Notes under the pieces: generated by a model | The model's database searches: none | What the model saw: only the letters and a program-made list of their open reading frames with translations | What the model was told of the DNA's origin: nothing | Made by a program: the position numbers and the translations under genes | Part shown: piece after piece, positions 29,932 through 40,736 of the stretch | Numbering within the stretch: position 1 is the stretch's first letter | Layout of the letters: the number at the start of each line of letters is the position of its first letter | Assembly: GCA_022711115.1 (NCBI GenBank) | Contig: JAKLFP010000006.1 | Location: 19,699-83,698, forward strand | Direction of reading: 5' to 3' | Length of the DNA stretch: 64,000 nt | Origin: Candidatus Omnitrophota bacterium | GTDB lineage: Bacteria > Omnitrophota > Omnitrophia > Omnitrophales > Aquincolibacteriaceae

Positions 29932-31163
29932 AATTCACTTCCTTTGCTGATCCATTTCGTTCCTCCCAAGATACGAGCAACGAGCATACTGCAAACATTG
30001 TCTCCCGCGGCATTGACCATGGTGGCCGGAGGGTCCACCAGCGTACCGACCATCGAAATCAGCGGAAGAGCCTCCATGGGAAACCCGTAAAGAGAGACGA
30101 TCAAAAGTTCTCCTAAAAAACCGCCGCCGGGAATACCGCTCATCACCATCCCGCTTAGAAGCGCGATCCCGATGGCAGTTGCGATCGTTCCTACGCCGGC
30201 AAATTCCATTCCGAAAAAACTGAAGAGAAGCGCGATTTTGAGAATCGCGGCAAGACAGGTGCCATCCATGTGGATCGTTGCACCGATCGGAATCACAATA
30301 CGGCTGATATCCTTCGGAACTCCGATCCGGTCCGCAGCTTCCAGATTCACGGGAACGGTCGCAAGACTGCTCCCGGTCCCCCATGCGGTCAGCGACGGTG
30401 TCAGGATATTTTCCCAAAAAGTTTTAAATCCTTTTTTGCCGGCCGCAAGAAACGCATAAATCGAAAAACCGATAAAAAAATAAAGAATGGCCAACGGATA
30501 ATAAAGAGCCACAACCCGTAAATACGAACCCAGAAGTTCCGGCCCCAAAGTTCCGACGAGATACGCAAAATAAGCACCCAAGCCGATCGGCGCATAGAAC
30601 ATGATAAGTTTGATGACGCGCATCATGATTTTATTGGCAGAGACCAAAAAATTCACGAACGGTTTTCCGTCCTCACGGGCAAGCGACGCGGCAAGCCCGA
30701 CCAGCATGGCGAACACAATAAGGGCCAGCATGTTTTGTTTGGAAAGAAGGTGGATAAAATCCGGCACGGTAAACGCCCTTACGATTTGAGACGCGTTTGC
30801 GGTTTGATGGACCGTTTCCGGGAGTTGGAGAAGCGGTTGCCCGCTCACGACGGGCGGATAGATCATCACACCAAAAACCATGAGGGAAGCTGAAATAATA
30901 CCGGTCGCGACAAAGATCAGGATCATCCAGCTCATGATATTGCCAAGACGGTGCAAATCGGACATTTCGGCGATCGCCGAAGCAATTGAAAAGAAAACAA
31001 GCGGCACCACGGCCGTAAAAAGAAGGTTCAGAAATATATCGCCAAAAGGTTTTAGAACCATAGCATTTTGCTTCAGCATGAACCCAAGACAGGCGCCGAT
31101 AAAAACAGAGCTGAGAAGAAGGACGGAAAAAGTGTAGTTCTTCAAAAATCGCGATTGATTCAC
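29928..31163 (-). CDS. dicarboxylate/amino acid:cation symporter (DAACS/GltP family)
   Basis: 411 aa polytopic protein with a sodium:dicarboxylate symporter profile. 4-bp overlap with the downstream methyltransferase. Confidence 0.85.
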   Translation of the reverse strand: MNQSRFLKNYTFSVLLLSSVFIGACLGFMLKQNAMVLKPFGDIFLNLLFTAVVPLVFFSIASAIAEMSDLHRLGNIMSWMILIFVATGIISASLMVFGVMIYPPVVSGQPLLQLPETVHQTANASQIVRAFTVPDFIHLLSKQNMLALIVFAMLVGLAASLAREDGKPFVNFLVSANKIMMRVIKLIMFYAPIGLGAYFAYLVGTLGPELLGSYLRVVALYYPLAILYFFIGFSIYAFLAAGKKGFKTFWENILTPSLTAWGTGSSLATVPVNLEAADRIGVPKDISRIVIPIGATIHMDGTCLAAILKIALLFSFFGMEFAGVGTIATAIGIALLSGMVMSGIPGGGFLGELLIVSLYGFPMEALPLISMVGTLVDPPATMVNAAGDNVCSMLVARILGGTKWISKGSEL

Positions 31164-31253
31164 AATGATTTTGCTCCCTGAATTTCGTAAGGCGTATGCA
31201 TTATGTGTTATATTCTATTTGATTTTCGGCAGAAAATCAGTAGGCTTTCTCCC

Positions 31254-32474
31254 ATGAATTACTCCAAGAAAAAAGCACTTCAGCTTATCTTATTGTTCGG
31301 ACTCGTAAGTCTTTTTGGCGACATTGTTTACGAAGGTGCACGCAGCGTTAACGGCCCTTATCTTAAACTGCTCGGCGCGAATGCCGTGATGGTCGGTATC
31401 ATCGCGGGCATCGGAGAATTTCTCGGCTACACAATCCGCCTTGTTTCCGGGTATGTTTCGGACAAAACCAAAAACTACTGGCTTTTTACCATCCTCGGTT
31501 ACGCGCTCATCATTGCGGTTCCCTTGCTCGCTTACACAAGCCTTTGGCACGTAGCGGCTCTGTTCATTGTTGTGGAACGTATCGGAAAAGCGCTGCGCAG
31601 CCCGGCCAAAGACACGCTCCTTTCGCAGGCTACCAAACAGGTCGGCACAGGATTCGGATTCGGGCTGAATGAGCTCATGGACCAGATCGGCGCGCTCGTA
31701 GGCCCGCTGATCTTCACATTCTTTTTTATGATCAAAGGTGCCGGGGAACGGACACTCGCCGATTACCAGCACGGCTACGGACTTTTATGGATCCCCTTTG
31801 CGCTCTTGATGCTTTGCGTGGTCGTTGCGTGGCGAAGCGTCCCTCATCCGGAGGCCCTTGAAACCGAGAAAAAGAACGAGCCGGAGAAGCTCCCGAAGGT
31901 GTTCTGGATTTATACGATTTTCAGTTTTCTTACGACGATGGGTTTTGTCAATTTCGTGTTGCTGGCCTTCCATTACAAGGCGCGTCACATCCTGACGGAT
32001 TTTGAGATCCCTCTTTATTACGCACTGGCTATGGGAATTGACGGCGTGGCGGCCCTGGTGATCGGAAAAGCTTACGATGTCCAGAAAGAAAAAAAAGGGA
32101 ACGACCTCGGCGGACTTTCAACGCTTATCATCATTCCTTTGTTTTCGATTTTGATTCCGTTGCTGGCTTTTTCGGAAAACCGCTGGGTAGTGATCCCAGG
32201 CATCCTGATATGGGGTATTGTCATGGCGTGTCATGAAACGATTATGAAATCCGCGATCGCGGATATCACGCCTCTTAAAAAACGCGGCACCGGCTACGGC
32301 ATCCTGAATACCGCCTACGGCCTTGCCGTACTCGCCGGAAGTACCTTGATGGGATTTTTCTACGACCGCTCGCTTGCGGGATTGATCTTTTTTGCGATCG
32401 CATTGGAACTTACCTCCCTTCCCTTTTTCTTTGCCATAAAAAAAGAAATGCTAAGTCATTCCGCCGCATCATAA
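31254..32474 (+). CDS. MFS transporter
   Basis: About 12 TM helices. An MFS-like GxLaDrxGrkxxl signature lies between TM2 and TM3 (GYTIRLVSGYVSDK). Confidence 0.75.
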   Translation: MNYSKKKALQLILLFGLVSLFGDIVYEGARSVNGPYLKLLGANAVMVGIIAGIGEFLGYTIRLVSGYVSDKTKNYWLFTILGYALIIAVPLLAYTSLWHVAALFIVVERIGKALRSPAKDTLLSQATKQVGTGFGFGLNELMDQIGALVGPLIFTFFFMIKGAGERTLADYQHGYGLLWIPFALLMLCVVVAWRSVPHPEALETEKKNEPEKLPKVFWIYTIFSFLTTMGFVNFVLLAFHYKARHILTDFEIPLYYALAMGIDGVAALVIGKAYDVQKEKKGNDLGGLSTLIIIPLFSILIPLLAFSENRWVVIPGILIWGIVMACHETIMKSAIADITPLKKRGTGYGILNTAYGLAVLAGSTLMGFFYDRSLAGLIFFAIALELTSLPFFFAIKKEMLSHSAAS

Positions 32475-32531
32475 TTTGCTTTTGCCCTAAGTACTCCCAT
32501 CGGCGATTCCTTTAAAGTGCTACAATAAAGT

Positions 32532-33608
32532 ATGAAAAAGAGATTTGGGGAATTAGGGATACTCCTGTTGTTTATTGGACTTTTTCTTTGTGGAACACAA
32601 GGGGGATTTTCTATGACTGAAAAATCGAAGAATGAACCAAAAAAGGGGCTGCCATGCAGCCTTCCGATGAGCGATGCTGAGCTCCGGAAGCTCTTGACAC
32701 CGGAGCAATACCGCATCATGCGCCAGAATGGGACGGAAACAGCTTTCCAGAACGCATTCTGGAACAATAAAAAGCCCGGCATTTATGTGGATGCCATTAG
32801 CGGGGAACCTCTCTTCAGTTCCACGGATAAATTCGATTCCGGTACAGGCTGGCCCAGCTTCTTCCAGCCGATCGAAAAAAATAATGCTATTGAAAAGCCC
32901 GATTCGAGCTATGGCATGGACCGAATGGAGGTCCGCTCCCAAAAAAGCAACTCTCATTTGGGGCATGTTTTTCCGGACGGTCCGAAACCGACCGGCCTCC
33001 GCTACTGCATCAATTCCGCTTCCTTGCAATTCATTCCTTCCGAAGATTTGGAGAAAAAAGGTTATGGCCAATATACCTATCTTTTCTCGAAAAAAGATCC
33101 GCCTAAAACAGATTCAAAAAAAATGACCCAGATCGCCGTGTTCGGTGCCGGATGTTTTTGGGGTGTCCAATCCACTTTTGAGAATTTGCCGGGCGTTCTG
33201 AAGACCACGGTTGGGTACACCGGCGGCACTGTCAAAAATCCAACTTATGAACAGGTTTGTACTCACACCACAGGTCACGCGGAAGCGGTTCAAATCGAAT
33301 TCGATCCTTCCAAAATCTCCTATGAAAAACTCCTCGATTTGTTCTGGAGCATTCACGATCCCACAACTCTTAACCGTCAAGGCCCTGACGTGGGAAACAA
33401 TTACCGCTCTGTGATTTTTTATCAAAATGCAGAACAGGAAAAAACCGCAAGGGTTTTGAAAGAAAAACTGCAGCGCTCCGGAAAATTCCATAATCCGGTC
33501 GTCACCGAAATCTCGCCGGCAAAAGAATTCTACAAGGCCGAAGAATATCATCAACAGTATTATCAGAAAAAAGGCCTGAAACCCATTTGCCGTTTGCCTA
33601 AAACATAA
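32532..33608 (+). CDS. msrAB: bifunctional peptide-methionine sulfoxide reductase MsrB-MsrA with signal peptide
   Basis: N-terminal hydrophobic signal. MsrB blocks ([26 protein letters not shown]) precede MsrA blocks ([13 protein letters not shown]). Confidence 0.9.
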   Translation: MKKRFGELGILLLFIGLFLCGTQGGFSMTEKSKNEPKKGLPCSLPMSDAELRKLLTPEQYRIMRQNGTETAFQNAFWNNKKPGIYVDAISGEPLFSSTDKFDSGTGWPSFFQPIEKNNAIEKPDSSYGMDRMEVRSQKSNSHLGHVFPDGPKPTGLRYCINSASLQFIPSEDLEKKGYGQYTYLFSKKDPPKTDSKKMTQIAVFGAGCFWGVQSTFENLPGVLKTTVGYTGGTVKNPTYEQVCTHTTGHAEAVQIEFDPSKISYEKLLDLFWSIHDPTTLNRQGPDVGNNYRSVIFYQNAEQEKTARVLKEKLQRSGKFHNPVVTEISPAKEFYKAEEYHQQYYQKKGLKPICRLPKT

Positions 33609-33688
33609 AAAATCTTACTTTTTTCGATTATTTTATAACGCTATGTGCGGAATATTGGGTATAATCGCTTTTTATCAAAGGAGAATTT

Positions 33689-34390
33689 ATGCTTCGCAAA
33701 GAATGGTTTCGTCCGAAAAAACTCCGTGTCCTGCTTGCTTGGATCGCGATCCCTTTTTTGATCTATTACACCAATATCAATGATACCAGCTATCGATGGG
33801 GCGCCATTCTGATGGGGATTGGAGAACTTATACGTCTCTGGTCCTTGGGTTATGTCGAACGCAAAGGCAAACAACTCGCCATGAGCGGCCCTTACGCTTT
33901 TACGCGTAATCCTCTTTATATCGGTAATTTTTTTCTGGGACTCGGTGTTGCCGTCCTTGTTGCAAATTGGATCATCATGGGTATTTTTCTTATCGGGTTT
34001 GTGTGGATTTATAAAAGTACGGTTCAGCACGAGGAAAACGATCTTCGAAAAAAGTTCGGCGCCCCTTATGAGCTTTATTGTAAAAATGTTCCAAGGTTTT
34101 TTCCGCGTTTATCACCTTATCAGGCAGCCACTCGTGATTCTTTTGACCGGCAACGTATTATCAAACATCATGAATATGTAACTGTCTTGGGGATTATTTT
34201 GGTGCTTTGCGGCATCCACCTTTATGATGAGCTCGTTTTTGAAAAAGATTCTTTCGCTTCCCAGATCCCTTTAGTCATTCTCACCGCTATCATCGGCCTG
34301 ATCATTCTTTTTGAACGTTTTATTTTCAGCGGTTTCGGGCGCATGTTTGCGGAAGGGTTCCCGAATCTTTTTCTTAAAAAAAAGAAATAA
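33689..34390 (+). CDS. isoprenylcysteine carboxyl methyltransferase (ICMT)/PEMT-family membrane methyltransferase
   Basis: Five TM helices. The TRNPLYIGNFFLGLG block is typical of the ICMT/PEMT family. Confidence 0.7.
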   Translation: MLRKEWFRPKKLRVLLAWIAIPFLIYYTNINDTSYRWGAILMGIGELIRLWSLGYVERKGKQLAMSGPYAFTRNPLYIGNFFLGLGVAVLVANWIIMGIFLIGFVWIYKSTVQHEENDLRKKFGAPYELYCKNVPRFFPRLSPYQAATRDSFDRQRIIKHHEYVTVLGIILVLCGIHLYDELVFEKDSFASQIPLVILTAIIGLIILFERFIFSGFGRMFAEGFPNLFLKKKK

Positions 34391-34431
34391 GTCGTTGACC
34401 GAACCTAAAAAGAAAAAATATAATCCGTCCT

Positions 34432-35883
34432 ATGCTGGAATTTAAAAATAAAGTCCTGATGATCGGTTTTGGTTCTGTCGGCAAATGCACTCTGCCGATC
34501 CTCCTCAAACATATCCGGATCCCCTACAAAAACATCACGATCATCGATTTCGCGGACAAACGGAAAGAGCTCGCCCCGTGGATCAAAAAAGGGATCCGTT
34601 ATTCCCAGGAAAGGATCAGCCCCGTCAATGTCGCGAGAACGCTTTCTAAATATGTTTCGGCCGGCGGCCTGATCCTGGACCTCGCCTGGAACATCGATTC
34701 CCTGGATATGCTGAATTGGTGCCACGACAACAAAGTTCTTTATATGAACACGTCCGTCGAGGAGTGGGACCCTTATGCCAACATTGAAAAGAAAACGCCG
34801 TTGGAAAAATCGCTCTATTTCAAGCAAATGGAGATTCGCAAGTTAACGGCAAAATGGAATCATGATTCCGTGACGGCTGTCCTCGATCACGGTGCCAATC
34901 CAGGTCTTATTTCTCATTTCACCAAGCAAGGTCTTTTGGATATCGCAGAAAAGGTCATTCATGACAAGTCGACGCGTAAACAAGAGCGGCAGAACCTGGA
35001 ACACTTGCTGCACGAAGAAAAATTTCACCGTCTGGCGATGAAACTTGGCGTCAAAACGATCCACATCAGCGAACGGGACACCCAGATCACAGATCAGCCC
35101 AAAGAAGTCGATGAATTCGTCGGCACCTGGAGCATTGAAGGCTTACGCGAGGAAGCGATCTCTCCGGTCGAAATGGGTTGGGGAACCCATGAAAAAGAGC
35201 TCCCTCTCCTGGCTGCTGTCCCTGAATACGGTCCGCAGAACCAAATCTTTCTTTCCCAGATGGGCATGAACACCTGGGCGCGTTCCTGGGTGCCTAATTG
35301 TGAGATTGTTGGCATGATCATTCGCCACGGCGAGGCCTTCAGTATTTCTGAAAAATTGACGGTCTGGCGGCACGGCAAACCCATTTACCGTCCGACCGTT
35401 CATTACGTTTATATGCCGTGTAACGAGACCATCGCTTCCATTCACGAGCTTCGGTGCCGCAATTACGAACTGCAACCCAAATGCCGCATCATGAGCGATG
35501 AGATCATCAAGGGGTCGGATATCCTTGGGGCTCTGATCATGGGGCATAAATACAACTCCTGGTGGACAGGCAGCGTCCTGTCGATCGAAGAAGCAAGAAA
35601 TCTCGTACCGCACCAGAACGCCACTACGATCCAGGTGGCGATCGGTGTTATCTCGGCCGCTATGTGGATGGTCGAGCATCCCAACAAAGGCGTCTGCGTT
35701 CCCGATGATCTTCCCCACAAGGAGATCCTTGCCATCGCAAAACCCTATCTCGGTACTTTTGTTTCCGATGCATCAGACTGGACTCCTTTAAAAAATTATC
35801 AGGTTTTTTTCCAGGAAAATCAGAACGCGTTCCTTGATAAAAAAAATCCCTGGGCTTTTAAAAATTTTCTTTTTAAATCGTAG
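34432..35883 (+). CDS. hss: homospermidine synthase-like (saccharopine dehydrogenase superfamily)
   Basis: 483 aa. N-terminal Rossmann MIGFGSVGK. The blocks HISERDTQ, TWSIEG, MGWGTHE, YRPTVHYVYMPCN and QNATTIQVA match my recollection of bacterial Hss. Confidence 0.65.
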   Translation: MLEFKNKVLMIGFGSVGKCTLPILLKHIRIPYKNITIIDFADKRKELAPWIKKGIRYSQERISPVNVARTLSKYVSAGGLILDLAWNIDSLDMLNWCHDNKVLYMNTSVEEWDPYANIEKKTPLEKSLYFKQMEIRKLTAKWNHDSVTAVLDHGANPGLISHFTKQGLLDIAEKVIHDKSTRKQERQNLEHLLHEEKFHRLAMKLGVKTIHISERDTQITDQPKEVDEFVGTWSIEGLREEAISPVEMGWGTHEKELPLLAAVPEYGPQNQIFLSQMGMNTWARSWVPNCEIVGMIIRHGEAFSISEKLTVWRHGKPIYRPTVHYVYMPCNETIASIHELRCRNYELQPKCRIMSDEIIKGSDILGALIMGHKYNSWWTGSVLSIEEARNLVPHQNATTIQVAIGVISAAMWMVEHPNKGVCVPDDLPHKEILAIAKPYLGTFVSDASDWTPLKNYQVFFQENQNAFLDKKNPWAFKNFLFKS

Positions 35884-35915
35884 CCCTATTTTTTAACCCT
35901 TGAAGCCTCACCATC

Positions 35916-36263
35916 ATGATGAAGAAAAAAGCGGTACAGGAGATTGAAACCCGTCAGAATATGCGGGGAGGGACTGGTGAGGTTCAGATCCGTCATTACT
36001 TCAAGCCCGAAGAGATGACGGCCCGCACACGCCTTTGCTCCGAACTTGTTTTACCGCCCCATGCCAGTATCGGCGTTCACGATCACGTAAATGAAGATGA
36101 GATTTATATCATCCAGAAAGGCACGGGCATGATGACCGACGGAGACCAAGAGTTCCTTGTCGAAGCCGGCGATGCCATTTTGACAGGCAAAGGCGCTTCT
36201 CATTCGATCCGCAATGCCGGTCAGGAAGACCTCGTCGTTACCGCCATCATCATCAAGTACTGA
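35916..36263 (+). CDS. cupin-domain protein
   Basis: 115 aa. The G(x)5HxH-like segment IGVHDHVNEDEIYIIQKGTG and a second His in GASHSI are typical of a small-barrel cupin. Confidence 0.65.
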   Translation: MMKKKAVQEIETRQNMRGGTGEVQIRHYFKPEEMTARTRLCSELVLPPHASIGVHDHVNEDEIYIIQKGTGMMTDGDQEFLVEAGDAILTGKGASHSIRNAGQEDLVVTAIIIKY

Positions 36264-37375
36264 TGAATCCCCTTTTTCCTCAACAGATATTGATACCTCC
36301 AAAAGTTCTTTTTAAAAAAGGCGGCCTGATCGAACTGGCCAAGGAGACCGCAGAATTCGGCACTCATGGCATGATTGTTTACGGTGCTTCTCTAAACAAA
36401 ACAGGACGACTCGATACGGTCTTGGAAATATTCCAAAAAGAAAAGTTGAAGTCCGAACTTTTTTGTCGCGATCAAGGGGAACCCACTTTGGACGAGATCA
36501 GTGCTGTGATTCAAAAGGGACGTGCCTGCGGGGCACAGTGGATCGTCGGTATCGGCGGCGGAAGCGTGCTTGATCTTGCTAAAGCTGCTGCAGGACTTTT
36601 TCATGCCCGAGAAAAACCCGCTTATTATCAGGAGGGCGGCACACTGACCGAAAAAGGAATTCCGTTTATTGCAGTCCCGACGACAGCCGGAAGCGGTTCG
36701 GAAGCAACGCTCAATGCCGTCATCATTAATTCGGAAAAAAAAGTCAAACTTTCCATCCGCGATAAAAATTTTCTGGCACAAAAAGTAATCCTGGATCCGG
36801 ACTTGCTTCATGGATTACCTTTCTCCGTCATGTGCCATTCGGGCATGGATGCCTGGGTTCAGGCCTACGAATCGTTCATTTCAAAAAATGCCACCTGGTT
36901 CAGCGAGAGCTTCGCGTTGAAAGCCATTCAATTATTCAGCCACCATCTTGTCCCTGCCCTGACTTCAGGCCGAGATGAAGATCTGGCAGCCCTTTTGATC
37001 GGAAGCTTTTTTTCCGGACTGGCCTTTTCTCATTCAAGGCTCGGCGTAATCCACGGCATCGCTCATCCTCTCGGCGTCCTTTATAACCTCCCGCATGGAC
37101 TCATTTGCTCAATCTGTTTCACCCCTTCCATCAAGCTCAATCTTCCCGTCATCAGACAAAAATATGAGATCCTCAGCCAGGCGGTCGGTATGGATTTTCT
37201 CCAAAAAGTCACTCTTACTTGCAAGGAACTCGAAATCACTTCACCTTTTAGAGGAAAACCCATTTTGGAGAAGGAAAAAATCATCCTGGAAACCCTCCAA
37301 TCCGGCTCCACAGCCGCCAATCCCAAGGTTGTCACCCGCGAAGACGTTGAATTTTTCTTAAAAGAGATCTTTTAA
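36263..37375 (+). CDS. iron-containing alcohol dehydrogenase family protein
   Basis: Fe-ADH fingerprint GIGGGSVLDLAKAAA. Conserved His residues in HSGMDAW...H and HGIAHPLG. Confidence 0.8.
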   Translation: MNPLFPQQILIPPKVLFKKGGLIELAKETAEFGTHGMIVYGASLNKTGRLDTVLEIFQKEKLKSELFCRDQGEPTLDEISAVIQKGRACGAQWIVGIGGGSVLDLAKAAAGLFHAREKPAYYQEGGTLTEKGIPFIAVPTTAGSGSEATLNAVIINSEKKVKLSIRDKNFLAQKVILDPDLLHGLPFSVMCHSGMDAWVQAYESFISKNATWFSESFALKAIQLFSHHLVPALTSGRDEDLAALLIGSFFSGLAFSHSRLGVIHGIAHPLGVLYNLPHGLICSICFTPSIKLNLPVIRQKYEILSQAVGMDFLQKVTLTCKELEITSPFRGKPILEKEKIILETLQSGSTAANPKVVTREDVEFFLKEIF

Positions 37376-37446
37376 AAATTTTGGGCTATGCCGACAAAAG
37401 AATTTCCATCTGATTTTCCCTGTGCTAGGATGGGATCGAGGGTTTT

Positions 37447-38334
37447 TTGATGAACCATTTGCTTCAGTATTTTACCGTTTCCATTTTAACCGTACTTGCC
37501 AAGGTTCTTCCCATCCAGGTTTCGGATTGGATTGCACGCCGCATCGGCGATCTGACTTATCTTTTTCTCAGCAAGCGCCGGAGGATTGCCCTTGAGAATG
37601 TCTCGAAGGCATTCGAGGATTCTATTTCCGAGAAAAGGAAAAAACAGATCGTCCGTGCCGCATTTCAAAGCGCTTCTCTTTCCATGATGGAGCTTTTCAT
37701 CGTGGAAAAGATAAAAAAAGAAGCTCATAAACGCTTCAAGCTATATGGCAATGAATTCCTGGAAGAAGCCTTTATGAAGCATAACGGTGTCGTGCTGGTG
37801 ATCTCCCACCTTGGGTCCTGGGAATATCTTTCTTTTCTCCCTTATTTCACAAAAAGATCCTGGTCCGTGGTGGTCAAAGACATCAAAAATCCCTACATCG
37901 ATAAAGCCATCGACGCCATGCGGCGCGTGATGACCGTGATCCCGATCCCCAAAAATAGTTCCATCCGGACTGTCCTGAAAGAACTCAAAAGCGATCATGG
38001 CGTGGCGATCCTGATCGACCAATGGGCCGGCGATGAAGGACTCTGGATCGATTTTTTCGATACGGAAACCTCCACCACTTCCATCCCGGCACGGCTTGCT
38101 GAAAAAACCGGCTGCGCGCTTGTTCCGGCCTATTGTCTCCGAAGTTCCTCGGGATATTATGAGATCCATATCGAAAAGCCGATTGAAGCCGACATGAACC
38201 AGCCGGATTGGGAAAATCTCGTCACTAAAAAGCTCAATGAATCCCTTGAAAAGCAAATCCTTGCATATCCGGAGCAATGGCTCTGGGGACACCGGCGATG
38301 GAAAGACAAACCGGATACTATGAGGGCTGTTTAA
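37447..38334 (+). CDS. lysophospholipid/lipid A acyltransferase (LpxL/HtrB family)
   Basis: 295 aa with the HLGSWE acyltransferase HX4D-like motif, and lauroyl/myristoyl acyltransferase family organisation. Confidence 0.75.
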   Translation: MMNHLLQYFTVSILTVLAKVLPIQVSDWIARRIGDLTYLFLSKRRRIALENVSKAFEDSISEKRKKQIVRAAFQSASLSMMELFIVEKIKKEAHKRFKLYGNEFLEEAFMKHNGVVLVISHLGSWEYLSFLPYFTKRSWSVVVKDIKNPYIDKAIDAMRRVMTVIPIPKNSSIRTVLKELKSDHGVAILIDQWAGDEGLWIDFFDTETSTTSIPARLAEKTGCALVPAYCLRSSSGYYEIHIEKPIEADMNQPDWENLVTKKLNESLEKQILAYPEQWLWGHRRWKDKPDTMRAV

Positions 38335-39515
38335 TGGATATGGAAATTAAAATCGAAAAACTGGTATTCGGAGGCGACGGCCTCGGATTTGTAAACGGAA
38401 AGGCTTTTTTTGTAGAGGGCGCTCTCCCCGGCGAGAAAGTTTTGGTGCGCATCTTGATTGAAAAACCGAATTACGCCAAGGCCTCGCTCCTCAGAGTCCT
38501 AGAACCTTCCCCTCACCGCATCATCCCGGTATGCCCCTATGTCGAACGATGCGGCGGCTGCCAGTATCAGCACCTTCCCTATCCTGAGGAATTGAAATGG
38601 AAAGAAAAGCAGGTGCTTGAGAGTTTTCAACAATCGCTCCAGTTCGATCTGAAACTTCTTAGCCCGATCCAGTGCGGGAAAAAAGAATACGGCTATCGCA
38701 ACAGCATTTCGCTCCACCGGACCACCGAAAAAAACAACAAGCCGCAGCGGCTCAGCTTCATTGGGCGTGACAATTATTCCAAAGTCATGATCGATCATTG
38801 CATGCTCGCAGAGGATCACCTCAAAGAGATCTTTACCGCTGAGCATCAATTAGGTCGAAAGGAAGAAAGACGCAGTTTTAAATTGGACGAAAAAAACAGG
38901 ATTTTTACAAGCGATGAAGAACGGATCTACCGCATCCGTGCCGGGAACCAATCTTTGTGGACGAGTTCCATAGGATTTTTCCAAAACAACATTCCCGTCA
39001 CTGAACTCATCGGAAAACAACTGGCGGCATGGGTCAAGGCCGTCAAACCGACCCGCTTTATCGATCTTTATTCCGGCGTGGGAACTTTTTCTCTCTTATC
39101 CGCCGCAACGGTGCCTGAGATCTTTTGTTTTGAGGAAAGCGTTCACAGCATCGGTTGTGCCCGGCGTAATTTTAAGGAGGCGAATGTTCCGTTGACAGGT
39201 GTTTTCACAGGCAAGGTCGAGAAAACATTTCCACGTTTTATTTTATCGAATCAAAAACCAGGAACCATGATTTTTATGGACCCGCCGCGGCTCGGGATCG
39301 CTTCCTCGTTGGCAACACTTTTAAGCAAAGAAGCTGTCGCGGAAAATATTGTGTACTTATCCTGTGACCTTCAGATTCTTTTGAGGGATTTAAAACATAT
39401 TCTCACGAATAATCGCTATGAAATCCAAGCCGTGGTTCCCTTCGATATGTTTCCGCGGACCAAGCATATCGAAGTGCTGGCACACCTTCAAAAAAAAGGG
39501 GGCAGGCATTCATGA
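38334..39515 (+). CDS. rlmD: 23S rRNA (uracil-5)-methyltransferase RlmD/RumA family
   Basis: N-terminal TRAM domain, then Fe-S Cys cluster CPYVERCGGCQYQH, a class I methyltransferase domain and the catalytic DPPR motif in FMDPPRLG. The start was chosen at the ATG overlapping the upstream stop (TAATG). Confidence 0.8.
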   Translation: MDMEIKIEKLVFGGDGLGFVNGKAFFVEGALPGEKVLVRILIEKPNYAKASLLRVLEPSPHRIIPVCPYVERCGGCQYQHLPYPEELKWKEKQVLESFQQSLQFDLKLLSPIQCGKKEYGYRNSISLHRTTEKNNKPQRLSFIGRDNYSKVMIDHCMLAEDHLKEIFTAEHQLGRKEERRSFKLDEKNRIFTSDEERIYRIRAGNQSLWTSSIGFFQNNIPVTELIGKQLAAWVKAVKPTRFIDLYSGVGTFSLLSAATVPEIFCFEESVHSIGCARRNFKEANVPLTGVFTGKVEKTFPRFILSNQKPGTMIFMDPPRLGIASSLATLLSKEAVAENIVYLSCDLQILLRDLKHILTNNRYEIQAVVPFDMFPRTKHIEVLAHLQKKGGRHS

Positions 39516-39545
39516 ACTGCCTGTCCCCTTTGGATACGTTCTGAT

Positions 39546-40736
39546 TTAAATACTGTTGCCCGCCACAGCCCCGCTGGCCCAAGCCCACGCGAGATTGTAC
39601 CCACCGCGACGGCCCTGCACATCCAGGATCTCCCCGGCAAAAAAGAGACCTCTTTGGCGTTTGGATTCCAGTGTATCAGGTTTTACTTCAACCGCAGGAA
39701 TGCCGCCTGCCGTAAATTCCGCTTCATTCCACCCTCGAGTCCCTTGCAACTTAAATTCTTTATGTTTCAGCAAATGGGCAATCGTGGAAGCATCCGCTTT
39801 TTGAAGAATTTCTTTAAGAGGCAGGAAAAATCTGGAAGGCAGAAGCCCTTCCAAGAGATGGGAACGCGCGATACCTTTTTCAAACCGGCGGGATAGCTCC
39901 TCCACAAGCGCGACCTCGCCCATAAAAGGGATGAGATCCGTGATCACATAAATGTCCTGAAGATGTTCACGGTTTATTGCGATAGAAATCTCGTCGCTGA
40001 CATCGAGAATGGCCGTTCCGGATAGTCCATATTTTGTAAAAAGCAATTCTCCGGAAACCGTTCGGATATCCTTACCTTGGATCCGGCTCGTCACCGTCGC
40101 CCGAATTTTTTGACCCTGCAACAAATGGCACCAGGAGTTTTTTGCTGCAAGAGATACGGTGCCCGGCACAGGTTCTACGAGGGTGTGTCCGAATTGCTCG
40201 GCAAACGCGTAACAATTTCCATCTGAACCTAATGCCGGATAGGATTTCCCCCCGCCACACAACATTATGGATTTTGCGTGAAAGATCTGTCCTTTTTCTG
40301 TTTTTAAAGAAAAATGCATCCCTGTTTTTTCAATGTTCTTGATCGCACAGTTTAATGCCGAAGAAATTTCCAATCGCTCCAGTTCCATTTCCAATACGCG
40401 AAGCACGGAAGCTGCTTGATTGGTCACGGGAAACATTCTGCCTGTTTCATCCGAACAGACCGGAAGTCCTAATTCCGAAAAAAAATCGAGAATGGCTGTT
40501 TTACCGAATTGCTCAAAGATCCTGGCAACAAGTTCTCTGGCAGAAGCCCCGTAAAAGGAAGCATCCAGTTTTTCGTTCAGTAGATTGCAACGACCTGCCC
40601 CGCTGATCAAAAGTTTTTTCCCGAGTTTCGTCATTTTTTCACAGAGAAGCACGGAGGCACCGCGGCGTTTCGCGAAAATCGCCGCCGTCATGCCTGCCGC
40701 TCCGCCACCGACCACGATCACATCATAAGGTTTCAT
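39546..40736 (-). CDS. HI0933/BaiN-family FAD-dependent oxidoreductase
   Basis: N-terminal dinucleotide fold YDVIVVGGGAAGMTAA. C-terminal GEILDVQGRRGGYNLAWAWASG is typical of the HI0933-like family. Confidence 0.85.
   Translation of the reverse strand: MKPYDVIVVGGGAAGMTAAIFAKRRGASVLLCEKMTKLGKKLLISGAGRCNLLNEKLDASFYGASARELVARIFEQFGKTAILDFFSELGLPVCSDETGRMFPVTNQAASVLRVLEMELERLEISSALNCAIKNIEKTGMHFSLKTEKGQIFHAKSIMLCGGGKSYPALGSDGNCYAFAEQFGHTLVEPVPGTVSLAAKNSWCHLLQGQKIRATVTSRIQGKDIRTVSGELLFTKYGLSGTAILDVSDEISIAINREHLQDIYVITDLIPFMGEVALVEELSRRFEKGIARSHLLEGLLPSRFFLPLKEILQKADASTIAHLLKHKEFKLQGTRGWNEAEFTAGGIPAVEVKPDTLESKRQRGLFFAGEILDVQGRRGGYNLAWAWASGAVAGNSI

Noticed and set aside
29935-30417. 160-aa minus-strand ORF
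   Set aside because: It is an alternative frame within the DAACS symporter gene, with Arg/Asp-rich junk composition.
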